NCBI GenBank assembly: GCA_965287045.1
Contig: OZ336882.1
Span: 6,696,001-6,760,000, forward strand
Source of the DNA: Carcharhinus amblyrhynchos
Taxonomy: Eukaryota
Length of the DNA stretch: 64,000 nucleotides
Direction: 5' to 3'
Shown: positions 34,593 to 46,454 of the stretch, piece after piece
How the letters are laid out: every line of letters begins with the position of its first letter
Numbering within the stretch: the first letter of the stretch is position 1
Made by a program: the position numbers and the translations under genes
The notes under the pieces: model-generated
The model's input: the letters and a program-made list of their open reading frames with translations, nothing else
The model's database searches: none
Told to the model about the DNA's origin: nothing

Positions 34593-35510
34593 GTCATAGA
34601 GTCATAGAGGTTTACAGCATGAAAACAAGCCCTTCAGCCCAACTTGCCCATGCCGCCCTTTGTTTAAACCCCCAAGCTAATTCCAGTTGCCCGCATTTGA
34701 TCCACATCCCTCTAAACCCATCTTACCTATGTAAATGTCTACATGCTTCTAAAAAGCCAACATTGTACCCGCCTCTATTACTACCTCTGGCAGCTTGCTC
34801 CAGACAGCCACCACCCTCTGTGTGAAAAAAAAAAGCCTCTCTGGACACTTTTGCATCTCTCCCCTCTCACCTTAAATCTATGCCCTCTAGTTTTAGACCC
34901 CCCCCCCCCCCCACCTTTGGGAAAAGAGATTTACTATCTTGCTGATCTGTGCCCCTCATTATTTTGTCAACGTTAATAAGATCATCCTTCAGCCTGCTAC
35001 GCTCCAGAGAACAATGTCCTAGTCTATCCAGCTTCTCCTTATAACTCAAACCATCAAGTCCCGGTAGCATCATGGTAAATCTTCTCTGCATGCTTTCTAG
35101 TTTAATAATTTCCTTTCTATAATAGGGTAATCAGAACTGTACGCAGTATTCCAAGTGTGGCCTTACCAATGTTTGTAGAACTTCAACAGGAAGCCTCAAC
35201 TTCTGTCTTTAATGGTCGGACCGATGAAACTAAGCATGCTGAATGCCTTCTTCATCACTCTATCCAACTGTGATTCCACTTTCAAGGAGCTATGAACATG
35301 CATCCCTAGACCTCTTTGTTCTGTCACTCTTCCCAATGCCCTACCATTAACTAAGTAAGCCTTGCCCAGGTTCAATCTACCAAAATGCATCACCTCGCAT
35401 TTATCTAAATTGAACCATTTGCCATTCGTCAGTCCACTGGCCAATTTATCAAGATCCCGTTTAATTCGAAGGTAACTTTCTTCACTGTACACTATGTTAC
35501 CAATCTCGTC
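34593..35510 (-). mobile_element. CR1 LINE 3' fragment
   Basis: FNLDKCEVMHFGR, MQRRFTMMLPGLDGLSYKEKL; (CTCTATGA)n-like tail at about 34593-34610. Confidence 0.88.
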
Positions 35511-36129
35511 TTGAACTGTTCACCATTTTTGCTACACTTCAGCGGTATTCATTGAACAGAGTATACTACTGATTATATATCGACAGAGGTAGGCAGATAT
35601 TTGGTCTCTCCGGCAATCAAGTTATATCGTGAGCAGCAGGGAAGTGGAGTTGAGGCAGAAGATCAGCCGTCCTCACATTGAATCATGGCAAGTTGTTCCG
35701 GTTCTGTTCCTATTCCATTTCTTTTTATTCTGCTCAAGATAATGTGCCTTTTGTTAAATGTGTTATCCCATCTCTATGTCCCCTCATTATATTCATCCTG
35801 TCCAATATCTCAAAACATCAATAGCCGTATTTGCTCTATTTGCAATGATAGAAATAAATCATTCATTCCGAACCATGACCATGAATTCTGCCTGTACAAG
35901 CAGTTCTCTCGTAAGCCCTCCCATTTCCTTAAGTATACCAACGTCAATGAATTTATAATAAATCGCCGGGTTTCCGTTGAGTTTACTCGAACTTATTGCA
36001 GTTTGTTTGATTTCGTAGTTCAGTTTTAATTTCAACCATGTACTTACTTTCACATACTCAGGTGCATTTTCTTTTTAACTTCATTTTAAATAAAACTTCG
36101 CGGGCTTCATATCAAAAAAGACAGCTACT

Positions 36130-37680
36130 GGATGTGGATATCACTGGCTAGGACTGCACTTATTGTCTATTCCTACTTGCCCTTCAGTAGATGATTGTGA
36201 TCTGCCTTCTTGAACGGCTGCAGTCCCTGAGGTGTAGGTAAATTCAAATTCTGTTAGAATTCTAGGATTTTGACCAGACGATAGCGAAGGAGCGGTGATT
36301 TGTTTCCAAACAAGGAGCATAACTTCCAAGTGGTTGTGTTCTCAAGTAGATACAGCTCCTGTTCATCCAGAGGAAATTGGGTTGTGGATTTTGAAGGAAC
36401 TTGGTGACTTCCTTCAGAGCATCTTGTAGATGGGCTACACGGCTTCCACTGTTCGTCGCTGGCTGAGGGATTAAATGCTAGTTTAAGGGATAGCAATTGA
36501 GCGTTTTGCTTTATCCTGGATGATGTTAAGTTTCTTGAGTGTTGTTTGAGCTCAGTCATTCAGGAAAGTAAAGAGTATTCCATTAAACTCGGGACTTGCA
36601 CATTGTCAATGGTGCGCACGCTTTGAGTCGTCGGCATGTGAGTTGCTCGTGGCAGGATTCCTAAGCTTTAGCCTGCTGTGATAGCCACACTATGTATAAG
36701 GCTAATGCAGTTCAATGGTAACTCATGGAATGTACATAGTAGGGGAGTCATCGATGGTAATGACATTGAATCCCAAGGGGCGTCTCTCGTTGGAGATGGC
36801 CGTTACCGGATACTCGTGAGGCCCAAATAGTACTGACCAGTTGCCAGCCAAAGCCTGGATATTGCTCAATTCTTGATACCTTTGCACATGGACTGCTGCA
36901 GTGTCTACGGAGTCGCGAATTGTGCTGAAAATTGTGCAGTCATCAGTGAACGTCCACAGTTCTGACCTTATTATGCAATGAGGGTTATTGATCAATCAAG
37001 CGAAGAACGATGGGCTAAAGACACTGCCCTGAAGGACTCCTGCAATAATTTCCTGGATATGATACGTCTGATCCTCAATCCCACAACCGTTTTCCTTTAT
37101 GACAGGAATGACTCCAACCAGCCGAGAGTTTTCTCTCTGATTCTTTTGTTTTGCTCGGACTCTTCAATGCCATTTTCAGTCAAATTCTGCCTCGATGTTA
37201 AGGGCAATCACCTTCACCTCACCTCAGACATTCAGCTAAGTTTTGAACGAGGCCAGGAGCTGAGTGACCCTGGCAGAACGCACGCTGGCTATCTGTAAGA
37301 AGGTTATTGCTCAGGATGTGTTGCTTGATAGTGCTTTTCAGGACTCACCCCATCACTTTACTGATGAGCAAAAGTAAACTGATGGTGTAGTAATTGCCCT
37401 GGTTGCAGTTGTTCTGTGTCTTTCTTACAGGACATACCTGGGCAGTTTCCCACATTGCCGGATAAATGCCAATTTTGTAGCTGTACTAGAAAAGCTTGTT
37501 GGGAGGAGCGCCAAGTTCTTGACACAGCCCTTCAGGATTATTGTCGGAATACTGTGAGGACCCATAATCTTTGTAGTCTCCTCCGCCTTCAGCTGGTTCT
37601 TGATATTACGTGGAGTAAAATGAATGTGTGAAGACTGGCATCTGTGAATTTGCGGAGTTCTGGACACACCTACTTTCCGC
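36130..37680 (-). mobile_element. CR1/L2-group LINE RT + 3' end (family of 19820-20395)
   Basis: FTPRNIKNQLKA...IMGPHSIP, IIRSELWTFTDDCTIFS, LSNIQALA; tail like 20300-20395. Confidence 0.75.
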
Positions 37681-38859
37681 ATGCCGTTTGTTACCTCACC
37701 TTTTACACTTCCATGAATTACATAGTAGCATGGTGTCAGGCTTGTAGTATCTTCCTACACCACAATCTTCCTATACCTAACATAAATGGTAATTAGTGTC
37801 GGAGTTTATTTCAATATTTATTGTATGTTACCTTAGTGATAATGTTAACTTACCTCATTCATGTCGCTCGACCTTGAATTCATGAACGAAGATAATTGAC
37901 TTCAAATGGATCTGCATTACGCATGATTCTGTGACGTCATAATGGCTCAATTCCCACTTTTCCCAAGGAAGCTCTAAACCAATGGACACAGTACATATGG
38001 CATCCCTTCTCGTCACCTGTTTTCGCTTGGCAAGTTAGGGGTAATTGTCCGAGTTCCTGAGGATGTTCCTGAGAAAAATCTTTTCCACTTCACGTATATT
38101 TTTCATATAGAAGTTCGGAGATGCCGATAGAATGAGCAAATCGGCTTAGTAATATATTGGATATTTTCACAGAGGACTTTGTCATAGCGTTTTGACCTGT
38201 TATTCCGCCCCCACCCTCCCCCGCCATTTCTTGCCACTTGACCTTCTGTTTCGCATTGTTCACTGTTATTGCAGTTAATCCATATACACATTCGAATTGT
38301 CGCAGCCGTCAAGCGTCAGCTTTCGCCGAATAGGTGTTTCGCTGTCCTCGTCTTCATTTGAAATTTTCGGCACTCATTACGGGAACTGATTGGCATTTCC
38401 CTCCCTCACTGTCCTCTTGTTTTATTCTGCCTTCCGTGCTGCCCGGCCCAATGTAAAACGAAATGTCCTAACAATAGGCCGCGACTGAGTTCATGGTATT
38501 TGCTTAGATTCTCAGCGTTGGCAGTGCGCACGGTGAACCAGGGCACCAAGTACTGGAGTGAAAGATGAATGAAGTGGCAGCTGGTCTGCATCATGATAAC
38601 TTTCACTAGCACTGACATTAAAAAGGATATCTGGGTCATATGAAACGGGTAAGAGGTGAAGCCCCAATTGCATGTTGCTGAAATTTTCCCTTCTCTCAAA
38701 CAAAGGATTCCTCATCGTGCACCGCAGGCTCCCTCATCTGCTCATCATCAGCTGACTTATTAAATAATATTAAATCATTACTGGGACATGGAGGTCTCTC
38801 GTCGGGTCAGCATCTATTGCTCATCCCAAATTGTCCTTCCAGCATAAGGGACTTGATGA

Positions 38860-39290
38860 GATCACTCCTGGATTAGTGTGTGCAACTTTGGTCTCCCTAT
38901 CTGGGGAAGGATGATCTTGCTCTGGAGGAGTGCAGCAAATGTTTGGCAGATAGATTTCTGAGTAGATGGCGGCACTCAAGTTTGAGTCCGTTAGGCTTAT
39001 ATTCGCTGGAGTTCCGAAGAATGAGGAGGTTCCCATAGAAAACTATAACATTCTAACAGGATCAGACAGGGTAGAAGCAGAAACGATGTTCGTGATGGCG
39101 GGGTAAGTCCTGAACCAGGGTCATAGCCTATGGATAAGGGGTAGCCCGTTTTACGACTGAAATGGAGAGCAATGTCTTCACCCAGAAAGTGGCAGGTCTG
39201 TGGAATTCGGTACTGCAAAAAGCAGCCGAGGCCAAAACGCAGTATGTTTCCAAGGAGGGGTAGCTCTTGGGGCGAAAGGGATCGAAATTA
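38860..39290 (+). mobile_element. CR1 LINE 3' fragment
   Basis: TLVSLSGE...LEECSK, GLYSLEFRRMR, ETITF, PRKWQVCG remnants. Confidence 0.7.
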
Positions 39291-39294
39291 AGCG

Positions 39295-40680
39295 ACAGTG
39301 ACAAGGCTCAAGTGCCGATTGATAGCACTTTCGCTGAGCCCTTCCATCACTTTGTTGATGATCGAGACTAGGCTGTTACGGCGGCAGGTGGCTGAGTTTC
39401 AAGTGGGGGATATGGCATGCCATGGTGTTACAGATGATGGTTGACAACAATTCTGCTGCTGCTGCTAATGTCCTACTGCGCCTCATACATGCCCAGTCTT
39501 AAGTTGCTCGGCCTGTTGGAAACTAATGTCATTGAGCATCGTGATGTTGCCACGCAACACGATGGAGGTATCCACAGTATTAATTCTTCATCTCCACAAG
39601 GACGATGCAGCGATCGCTCCTACAGATACTGCCTTAGACAGATGTGTCTGTAGCAGACAGGTTTGTGGGGCTGAAGTCAAGTATGTTACTTCCACTTATT
39701 AGTTAGCTAACCACGTGCCGCAGACCCACTATAGCAGCCATAGCGTTTAAGACTCTGTCTATGCCAATGCTACCGAAACATTTTTGGTGACGGCCATTGA
39801 TGTGTCCCTGCCCACCACTCTCCCTCCCCCCCCCCAGCCCCGCCCAACTCCCAGAATATATTATGAGCCCTTTTCAACGGCAAAGTTTCGTTCAAGTAAT
39901 GGTCAACATGGAGAAGTGTTTATTCATCAATTGAGGAGATAATACGTGGTAATCAGCAAAAAGCTGACATACCCATGTTTGGCCTTATGCCCCGACGCTT
40001 CATAGGGTCCGGAGTCGATGGTGAGGGCTCCCAGGCAAACTCCTTCCCGAGCGCACACCACAATACTGCGATCTCTACTCGATCTGCCCTTTGGCGGCAC
40101 AGGACAAAGCCAGGACTGCTGAGGATACTATATAGACCATTATCCATAATGTATGTTTCCATGAGTATGACTACGTCAGATTATTGCTAAACCAGCTCTC
40201 CAATTTTTGATGCACGCTCCTCGGTGTCAGAAGGTGGTCTTTGGGGATCGAGAAAGATAAGGTTGACACTGTATTTTACATGCTTTATTCGATGCAGGAT
40301 GATCCGTTCACTTTTGTTTTCTTTTTGGCGGACAACTGAGTGGCCTGCTAGGCCATTTCAGGAAGAATTAAGGCTAAGTCAGATTGTTGCATCTGAAGTC
40401 ACATGTATGCTAGACCAGATAGGCTCAACAGATCTTGAGGTCTTTAGTGAACCAAATGTTTTATTTTCTCACAATCAAAAATGGTATCATGGGCATCATT
40501 AAACTTTTAATTCCAGGAAAATATTGGATACAAATTCCGACATCTTCCATAGTGGGATTCAAACCAAGCCTCCCTCCATACCCCGCCCCCACCCTCCCCT
40601 CCTGTACGGCCCCCCACCGCCAGAGCATTACACCGTCTTTCTATTACTACTTCAGTCCCAATACAATTCTACCTTGCAAG
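39295..40680 (-). mobile_element. LINE 5' portion (endonuclease, internally deleted to RT start) fronted by a tRNA/Deu-SINE-like head
   Basis: Minus strand: TAATGCTCTG...GGTTTGAATCCC (B-box, 40554-40565), TTTGGTTCACTAAAGACC...CATGTGACTTCAG...GAAATGGCCTAGCAGGCCACTCAG, then DVVILME...PGFVLCRQ endonuclease-like codons. Confidence 0.6.
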
Positions 40681-41199
40681 GCATTCCTGCTCTGTGTTGG
40701 CATATATTGTGCAGCATTTCAGGCTACAGTCTAGAAGAGAAAATTACTCTGGAATACGAATGGATTGCCCACATCAGTCGAGATACTTGATTTTATGTTC
40801 AGCAGAACAATAGCGTGTTCAATAATAACTCCAATGGACACAAAGAAGACGTGTTACCTCAACACTGTTGCCTGACAAGTTACCTCACACATATGAGTAA
40901 CTATGTCTTTGATGATTTCACCTATCTTGAAGAATGAATCTTTAAATGTTGGAACATTTGAGGCATCGACGTTGCGGAAATTCATAATTGTGTGGCTACT
41001 GCAATGGTCATTGACAGACACCTAAATTATATGTTTTCACCGTTTGCAGACCAGGTGAACTTTAATGGAATGGAAGACCTTATTGTTAATGAAGGCCATT
41101 CCTTTGTGTTGATGATGTTGTGAGCAATACATCTTGACACCTGGATATCAGAATACTCTTGGCACTGAAAGCTTTCAGGTCTTGTGGGTTGATTTGTAT

Positions 41200-41800
41200 T
41201 GTACAGGAGAAGGGTGTGTTGTTGCAATTGTACAGGGCCTTGGTGAAGCCACACTTAGAATACTGTGTGCAGTTTTGGCCTCCTTTTCTGAGGAAGGTAG
41301 TTCTTTCTCTAGAGGGAGTGCAGCGAAGGTTTAGCACGCTGAATCCGGGGTTGGAGAGAGTGATGTATGAGGAGAGATTGACGAGGTTAGGACTGTTTTC
41401 GCTGAAATTCAGACGAATCAGGTTGGGGGGGTGGTGGGTTCTCATCGAGAATTATAAATTCTATCAGGACTAGGCAGGGTATGTAGAAGCATGTGCCTGA
41501 TTGTGGGGGAGTCCAGAACCGGGGATCACAGTCTGAGGATTCGGGTAAATCACTAAGGATGGAGTTGAGGAGGCATTTCTTCAACAAAAAGTGGTGAGCC
41601 TGCGGAATTCATTATCACAGGAAGCAATTGAGGCCAAAACATTGAATGTATTCAAGAGGTGGCTAGATACAGCACTTGAAGCGAATGGCATCAAAGGTCA
41701 TGGGGGGGAAAACAGGATTAGGCTATTGAGTTGGACGATCAGCCATGATCGTGATGACTGGCGAAGCAGACTCGAAGGGTCAAATGGCCTCCACCTGCCC
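41200..41800 (+). mobile_element. CR1 LINE 3' fragment abutting the assembly gap
   Basis: LLQLYRALVKPHLEYCVQFWPPFLRK...GLFSLKFRR; 3' UTR GATCAGCCATGATCG...AATGGCCT. Confidence 0.9.
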
Positions 41801-41931
41801 NNNNNNNNNNNNNNNNNNNNNNNNNNNNNNNNNNNNNNNNNNNNNNNNNNNNNNNNNNNNNNNNNNNNNNNNNNNNNNNNNNNNNNNNNNNNNNNNNNNN
41901 NNNNNNNNNNNNNNNNNNNNNNNNNNNNNNN
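41801..41931. other. Assembly gap (131 N)
   Basis: Run of N. Confidence 1.
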
Positions 41932-43904
41932 TGGGTTAAAGAGGTTGGAAAGGTAATTAAAACGTTACTGTTGCCTGACGACAGCGGTCAGGTGACAGAA
42001 GCCTAGAAAACGAACGAGCTGGGTGAGATAAAAGCAAAATAATGCAGCAGCTGGAATCTGAAACAAAAAACAGAATTCCAACATTTTCTGTTTTGATTTG
42101 GGTGAGAGACTGTTTGGTATTGGTGGAAGAGAGAAGACGGGGATTTTTAAGATCACTGAGAAGAAAGGCTATCGGGGACAGAAGTTGATTGAATGATCAG
42201 TTTTACCACCCCGTAATGTGATCAGTTTAGTCGAGGTACAACTGGACAATGGAGCTTAGGTAACTGATTCGTTTGCTCTGCGGAAGAAGAAAGGTTTCTG
42301 GTGCGGTTTTTAAGTGTGGAGACGAATTGGCTGAGGAGCATCAAGTGAATGGCCATCAGCGCACCGAATGAAAATTGTTTGTCGCTGCACCAATTCCAAG
42401 CGAGGACACTGTGGCTAGCTAGTGGTCACTCTTCACTATACCTGTCTTAGCAGGCACGTACATGGGGGATACATGACAAATAAATCTTCCTGCAGCCCTG
42501 TTTTTGAGTTATTATCTACGAGGCATGTGCTACGGTTCAGGAGAGACAGCTGGGCAGACAGTTGCAAATCCGCCCATGAGCACATCGAACGAGGAATGAT
42601 GCAGGTGACATGATATAACATGATGTTCAAATCTTCTTTGTAAGCTGTGCAAAAAATATTGTAATGTATATATTATTCCTTATCTTTAATTAAAACAGAA
42701 TTGTTACGCAAATGAGGAATCAGTTTTGAATCTCTGAATAGACACCTATAGGACTTCCTTATTTTTTCTTCATTCTTATCAAGTAATAGCCCTTACAACT
42801 CAACATAAAGCGTTTGGTAGCTCGTTAATTGCATGTTTTTTCTGTTTGGGTAAAGTACATGCCCTTCACCACCTAAATATGATAACGTGTGCAAAGAGCA
42901 TCACTTCAGATACATTTTTTGAAATCTTAATTATTAGTTTATTTAAGGGTCTGTGTGTTTGGCTTAGGAAAGCTGATTACAGGGGCAGTGGAAACAGATT
43001 CAATAATAACATTGGAAAGAAACTTAGATACAGGGGTGGAGGGAAAACTTTGCATGGCTATTGAGATAGAGCAGTGGAATGGGACAAATTTTGCTGCATC
43101 AAGGAGCCGCCATAATAGACAAAATGAAACTCCCATTGTGTTATATCGTCTATATATTTCTATAGTTTTCTCTGTATCATATATTAACTCACATTTCCCT
43201 CAAGTATTTGAATAGGACCTGGCTCTACTCCTTTCTTTAAAAATCTCTCAGTTATATTTTGGACCGCACAAAAGGATATTTCCTTTCCACCCTAAACGAC
43301 CATTGGTTTGTGAAATGTCTGGGCGAACATAGTCGATGAAAGATTGTTTCAAGAAGATGTAACTGCCTTTTATGAGTATATCGGATCGTGAAACAACCAC
43401 TAACCTCTAGTGAGAAGTATTTGTCACACAACTTAATTTAATTCCAAGAGATTTGTGTATAAAATTCTACTCAGCATTTCTGTAAAATAAAATGAAATAC
43501 AATGTAAGTTATGATGACAGATACTTTAAAGTAATGGCATTTACAAATGATCTCACTTTGTCTTCTCAGTCAGACAGACACGAAATAATTGCTTGAATAA
43601 CAGTTTCTGTGGAAATATTATATGCAGTGGGGTGACGCTGCAAAATTTCTAGCGAGTATTTTCTGTGATTTTATGCAAAATTACAATACATTGTGGGGAC
43701 CAATAAGGAATAGGCAAGTAGGTCTTGCACTAGAAATCGTAGCATATGTAATTTTAGCTAGATAACATTATGGCTCATCTTAAGAAATTCGTTGGTCGCT
43801 GCAGCGCAGGATGAACGTGTACATTTTAGTTCGTCATGTAACAGTTATTCAGGGAAATCCATACATATGTTTATATTGCTTCAACAATAAATTTGTTGCA
43901 TGAA

Positions 43905-46307
43905 TTATTGCTTCACAACGTTGTCATGAACCGTAATGTCACTCAGGGGTAAAGTGGGATGGGAGGTATTTAGGAACAGAAAATCACTCTTGGATGATTC
44001 TGGCGATAAGCGAACCGTGTACCGATGAGTTTCGGAAACAGGGAGCGTCTGGCCAGCTCCATAATAATGCAAAGCTTCTAACTGTCTGGCTCTGCGATGA
44101 AAGACATCATTGGAATTTCTACGCATGCAGCAACTGCAACAGGAAGGGCTATGGTGACCTGTGTAATTTTGGTCTTTCCTGCACTTCAGGACAATCAAAA
44201 CTATAATAGTTGCGAGAAATATGACACTCGTTGAACCAAATATTATTATTAAATACATATTTAGATCTGAGACGTAAGCTCTGCTTCTGAAATGATCTAC
44301 ACCGTCAGTCGCGCTTTTTGTAATATTCGCCTGAATCGTAAAGAAGATTGTGACCGTGCTTGATAGACTCGGCTGTCCATTGTCCTTCACCAAGACAACC
44401 ACTCTTTGTGCGGTGGCGTCTTTTTCCGTCAATCTTTGGGTAGTTCTGATTTCTCCAGAGTAACGGCCCACAGTGACAAGACTCAGATTAGAAGTCTCAG
44501 AGAGCTGGTAAGAAAGCCGTGCGTTCTGGCCGGAATCAGCGTCATCAGCAATTATCTTGGTGATTAAGTAACCTGGATATGTTGACTGAGGTATAATCAC
44601 CACTTCTGCCGTTTTGTTCCACGTTAGAGGTGAAGTAATAAGAGGAGCATTGTCATTTTGATCCAAGATAATAACGCTAACCATTGACGTAGTGCTCAGC
44701 CGCGGTGTTCCAGCATCCTGCGCTTGAACTTTGATGTGCATTTTCTTTAACTGCTCATAATCAAATGATTGCAGTGCATAAATTATTCCACTTTTCGAGT
44801 TAATAGTAAAGTAAGCAGGCGCGGGTGTGTCTGGCATTTGATTTTCCAGAATGGAATATGAAATGTCTCCATTTTGGTCCAAATCGGCGTCCAGAGCAGT
44901 AACCGAAAAAATAGATGCACCTGGAGTATTGTTCTCCATCAAATACAAATTGTAATTGGATTGTGTAAACCGCGGGGCGTTGTCGTTTATATCAGAGACC
45001 AAAACGACGATTGTTTTGTTTGCTGAAAGTGCGGGTGACCCAGCATCCCACGCTGAAACGGAAACGTTGTACCGTTCAATCGTTTCACGATCGAGTATAT
45101 CTGTGGTCACCAACTTGTAATGATTCTTTAAAGCAGTTTCGAGTTTAAACGGCATGTTGAGTGGAATCTGGCATCGAACGCGCCCGTTTTCTGCAGTGTC
45201 TCTGTCTGTAACACCAAAAACAGCGATCACGGTACCCGGCGCCGCATCTTCTGATACCATTTTGGTTGCTGAGTTCAGTTTTATTTCCGGAGTGTTATCA
45301 TTCACGTCGAGTATTCGAATCATAACTTTGGCATGCCCAACATTTGGTGCATTGTCCACAGCTTGTACCGCAAGCTCATAAACATCGGCGGCTTCAAAGT
45401 CCAGCAAACCTTTAACTCTAATCTCTCCGCTGTCTGCGTTCAAACTGAACAACTCGCGCTCTCTTTGTGAAGCGTAATTACTAAATGAATATTTAAATTC
45501 AGCATTTGTGCCTTCGTCCAAATCAGTTGCATGCAGCTTTACCACCAATGTACCTTTGGGTGAGTTCTCAAACACACTTGATCTGTACACTTCGAGGTCG
45601 AATACAGGCGCGTTGTCATTAATGTCTGCTACGGTAATGATAATCTGAACTGTGCCAGATCTCTGCGGGGTTCCACCATCAATAGCCGTCAAAATCAATG
45701 CAAAGGTTGATTCTTGTTCGCGATCCAAGGGTTTGTCCAACAGCAATTCAGCGATTTTGCTCCCGTCGTTTATTGTCTTCATCTTTAGGACGAAATGTTC
45801 ATTCGAGCTAATGTGGTAATTGCTTATAGTGTTTGTACCTACGTCTGGGTCCTGCGCGCTCTCGAGAGGGAAGCGTGTTCCTGGTGTAATTGTCTCTGCC
45901 ATCTGCAATGTCATTATCCTTGCCGGAAAAGTGGGTGAATTATCATTGACATCTAATATCTCCACTTCGACAGAAAACATGTCCACTGGATTTTCCACCC
46001 CGAGATGTAAAGAAACAGTGCAGGTGGAGCGTGCCATGCAAAGCTGTTCCCTGTCGATTCTTTCATCAACGATTAAAATCCCATTTTCCACATTTACCTC
46101 GAAATATTGCTTTCCACCATCAGAGAGCAGCTGAAACTTTCGAGCTGATAATTCCTGAACGTTTATCTTTAAATCGTCAGCGATGTTTCCAACAAACGCA
46201 CCGATTTCCAGCTCCTCTGGGATTGAATAGCGTATTTGCCCGCCAGCCAGATCCGGCATGAAAAGCAACAACATATAAAATGCTCCGGCTCTGGGTTCAG
46301 TCGCCAT
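43905..46307 (-). CDS. Pcdh: Clustered protocadherin gene 3 (800 aa single ORF)
   Basis: Signal peptide, six cadherin repeats, EC1 LCMARSTC, TM YLIIIFGSTSVIFLATIIVLIVL, Cys cluster, YTVRLSPESSKSDFLFL. Confidence 0.97.
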   Translation of the reverse strand: MATEPRAGAFYMLLLFMPDLAGGQIRYSIPEELEIGAFVGNIADDLKINVQELSARKFQLLSDGGKQYFEVNVENGILIVDERIDREQLCMARSTCTVSLHLGVENPVDMFSVEVEILDVNDNSPTFPARIMTLQMAETITPGTRFPLESAQDPDVGTNTISNYHISSNEHFVLKMKTINDGSKIAELLLDKPLDREQESTFALILTAIDGGTPQRSGTVQIIITVADINDNAPVFDLEVYRSSVFENSPKGTLVVKLHATDLDEGTNAEFKYSFSNYASQRERELFSLNADSGEIRVKGLLDFEAADVYELAVQAVDNAPNVGHAKVMIRILDVNDNTPEIKLNSATKMVSEDAAPGTVIAVFGVTDRDTAENGRVRCQIPLNMPFKLETALKNHYKLVTTDILDRETIERYNVSVSAWDAGSPALSANKTIVVLVSDINDNAPRFTQSNYNLYLMENNTPGASIFSVTALDADLDQNGDISYSILENQMPDTPAPAYFTINSKSGIIYALQSFDYEQLKKMHIKVQAQDAGTPRLSTTSMVSVIILDQNDNAPLITSPLTWNKTAEVVIIPQSTYPGYLITKIIADDADSGQNARLSYQLSETSNLSLVTVGRYSGEIRTTQRLTEKDATAQRVVVLVKDNGQPSLSSTVTIFFTIQANITKSATDGVDHFRSRAYVSDLNMYLIIIFGSTSVIFLATIIVLIVLKCRKDQNYTGHHSPSCCSCCMRRNSNDVFHRRARQLEALHYYGAGQTLPVSETHRYTVRLSPESSKSDFLFLNTSHPTLPLSDITVHDNVVKQ

Positions 46308-46406
46308 CCTTTTGAATGTTGCTGAATATCTGATTTCCTGGTAAAGGAATCAATCTCCGCCTTCCTTTATTTCAACGAGAAGTCTGTTTGCATCAAAATG
46401 CCGATA

Positions 46407-46454
46407 TTAAATACAAAAATGCAGAAACGCGAACAGAGCAATCTTGCCGAACAT
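46407..46454 (-). CDS. Candidate 15-aa upstream ORF in gene 3 leader (MFGKIALFAFLHFCI)
   Basis: GCAGCCATG context, ATG at 46454, TAA at 46409..46407; homologous uORF at 61960..62007. Confidence 0.55.
   Translation of the reverse strand: MFGKIALFAFLHFCI

Noticed and set aside
38406-38715. Short ORFs as a possible processed pseudogene (e.g. a TAF7-like cluster resident)
   Set aside because: No recognisable similarity to any protein I can name.
40760-41160. Possible Harbinger transposase relic
   Set aside because: Only faint motif echoes; too degenerate to support.
43632-43640. GTGACGCTG as an orphan CSE
   Set aside because: Opposite strand; lacks the adjacent CCAAT and the spaced GAGATC/GCTTT motifs.
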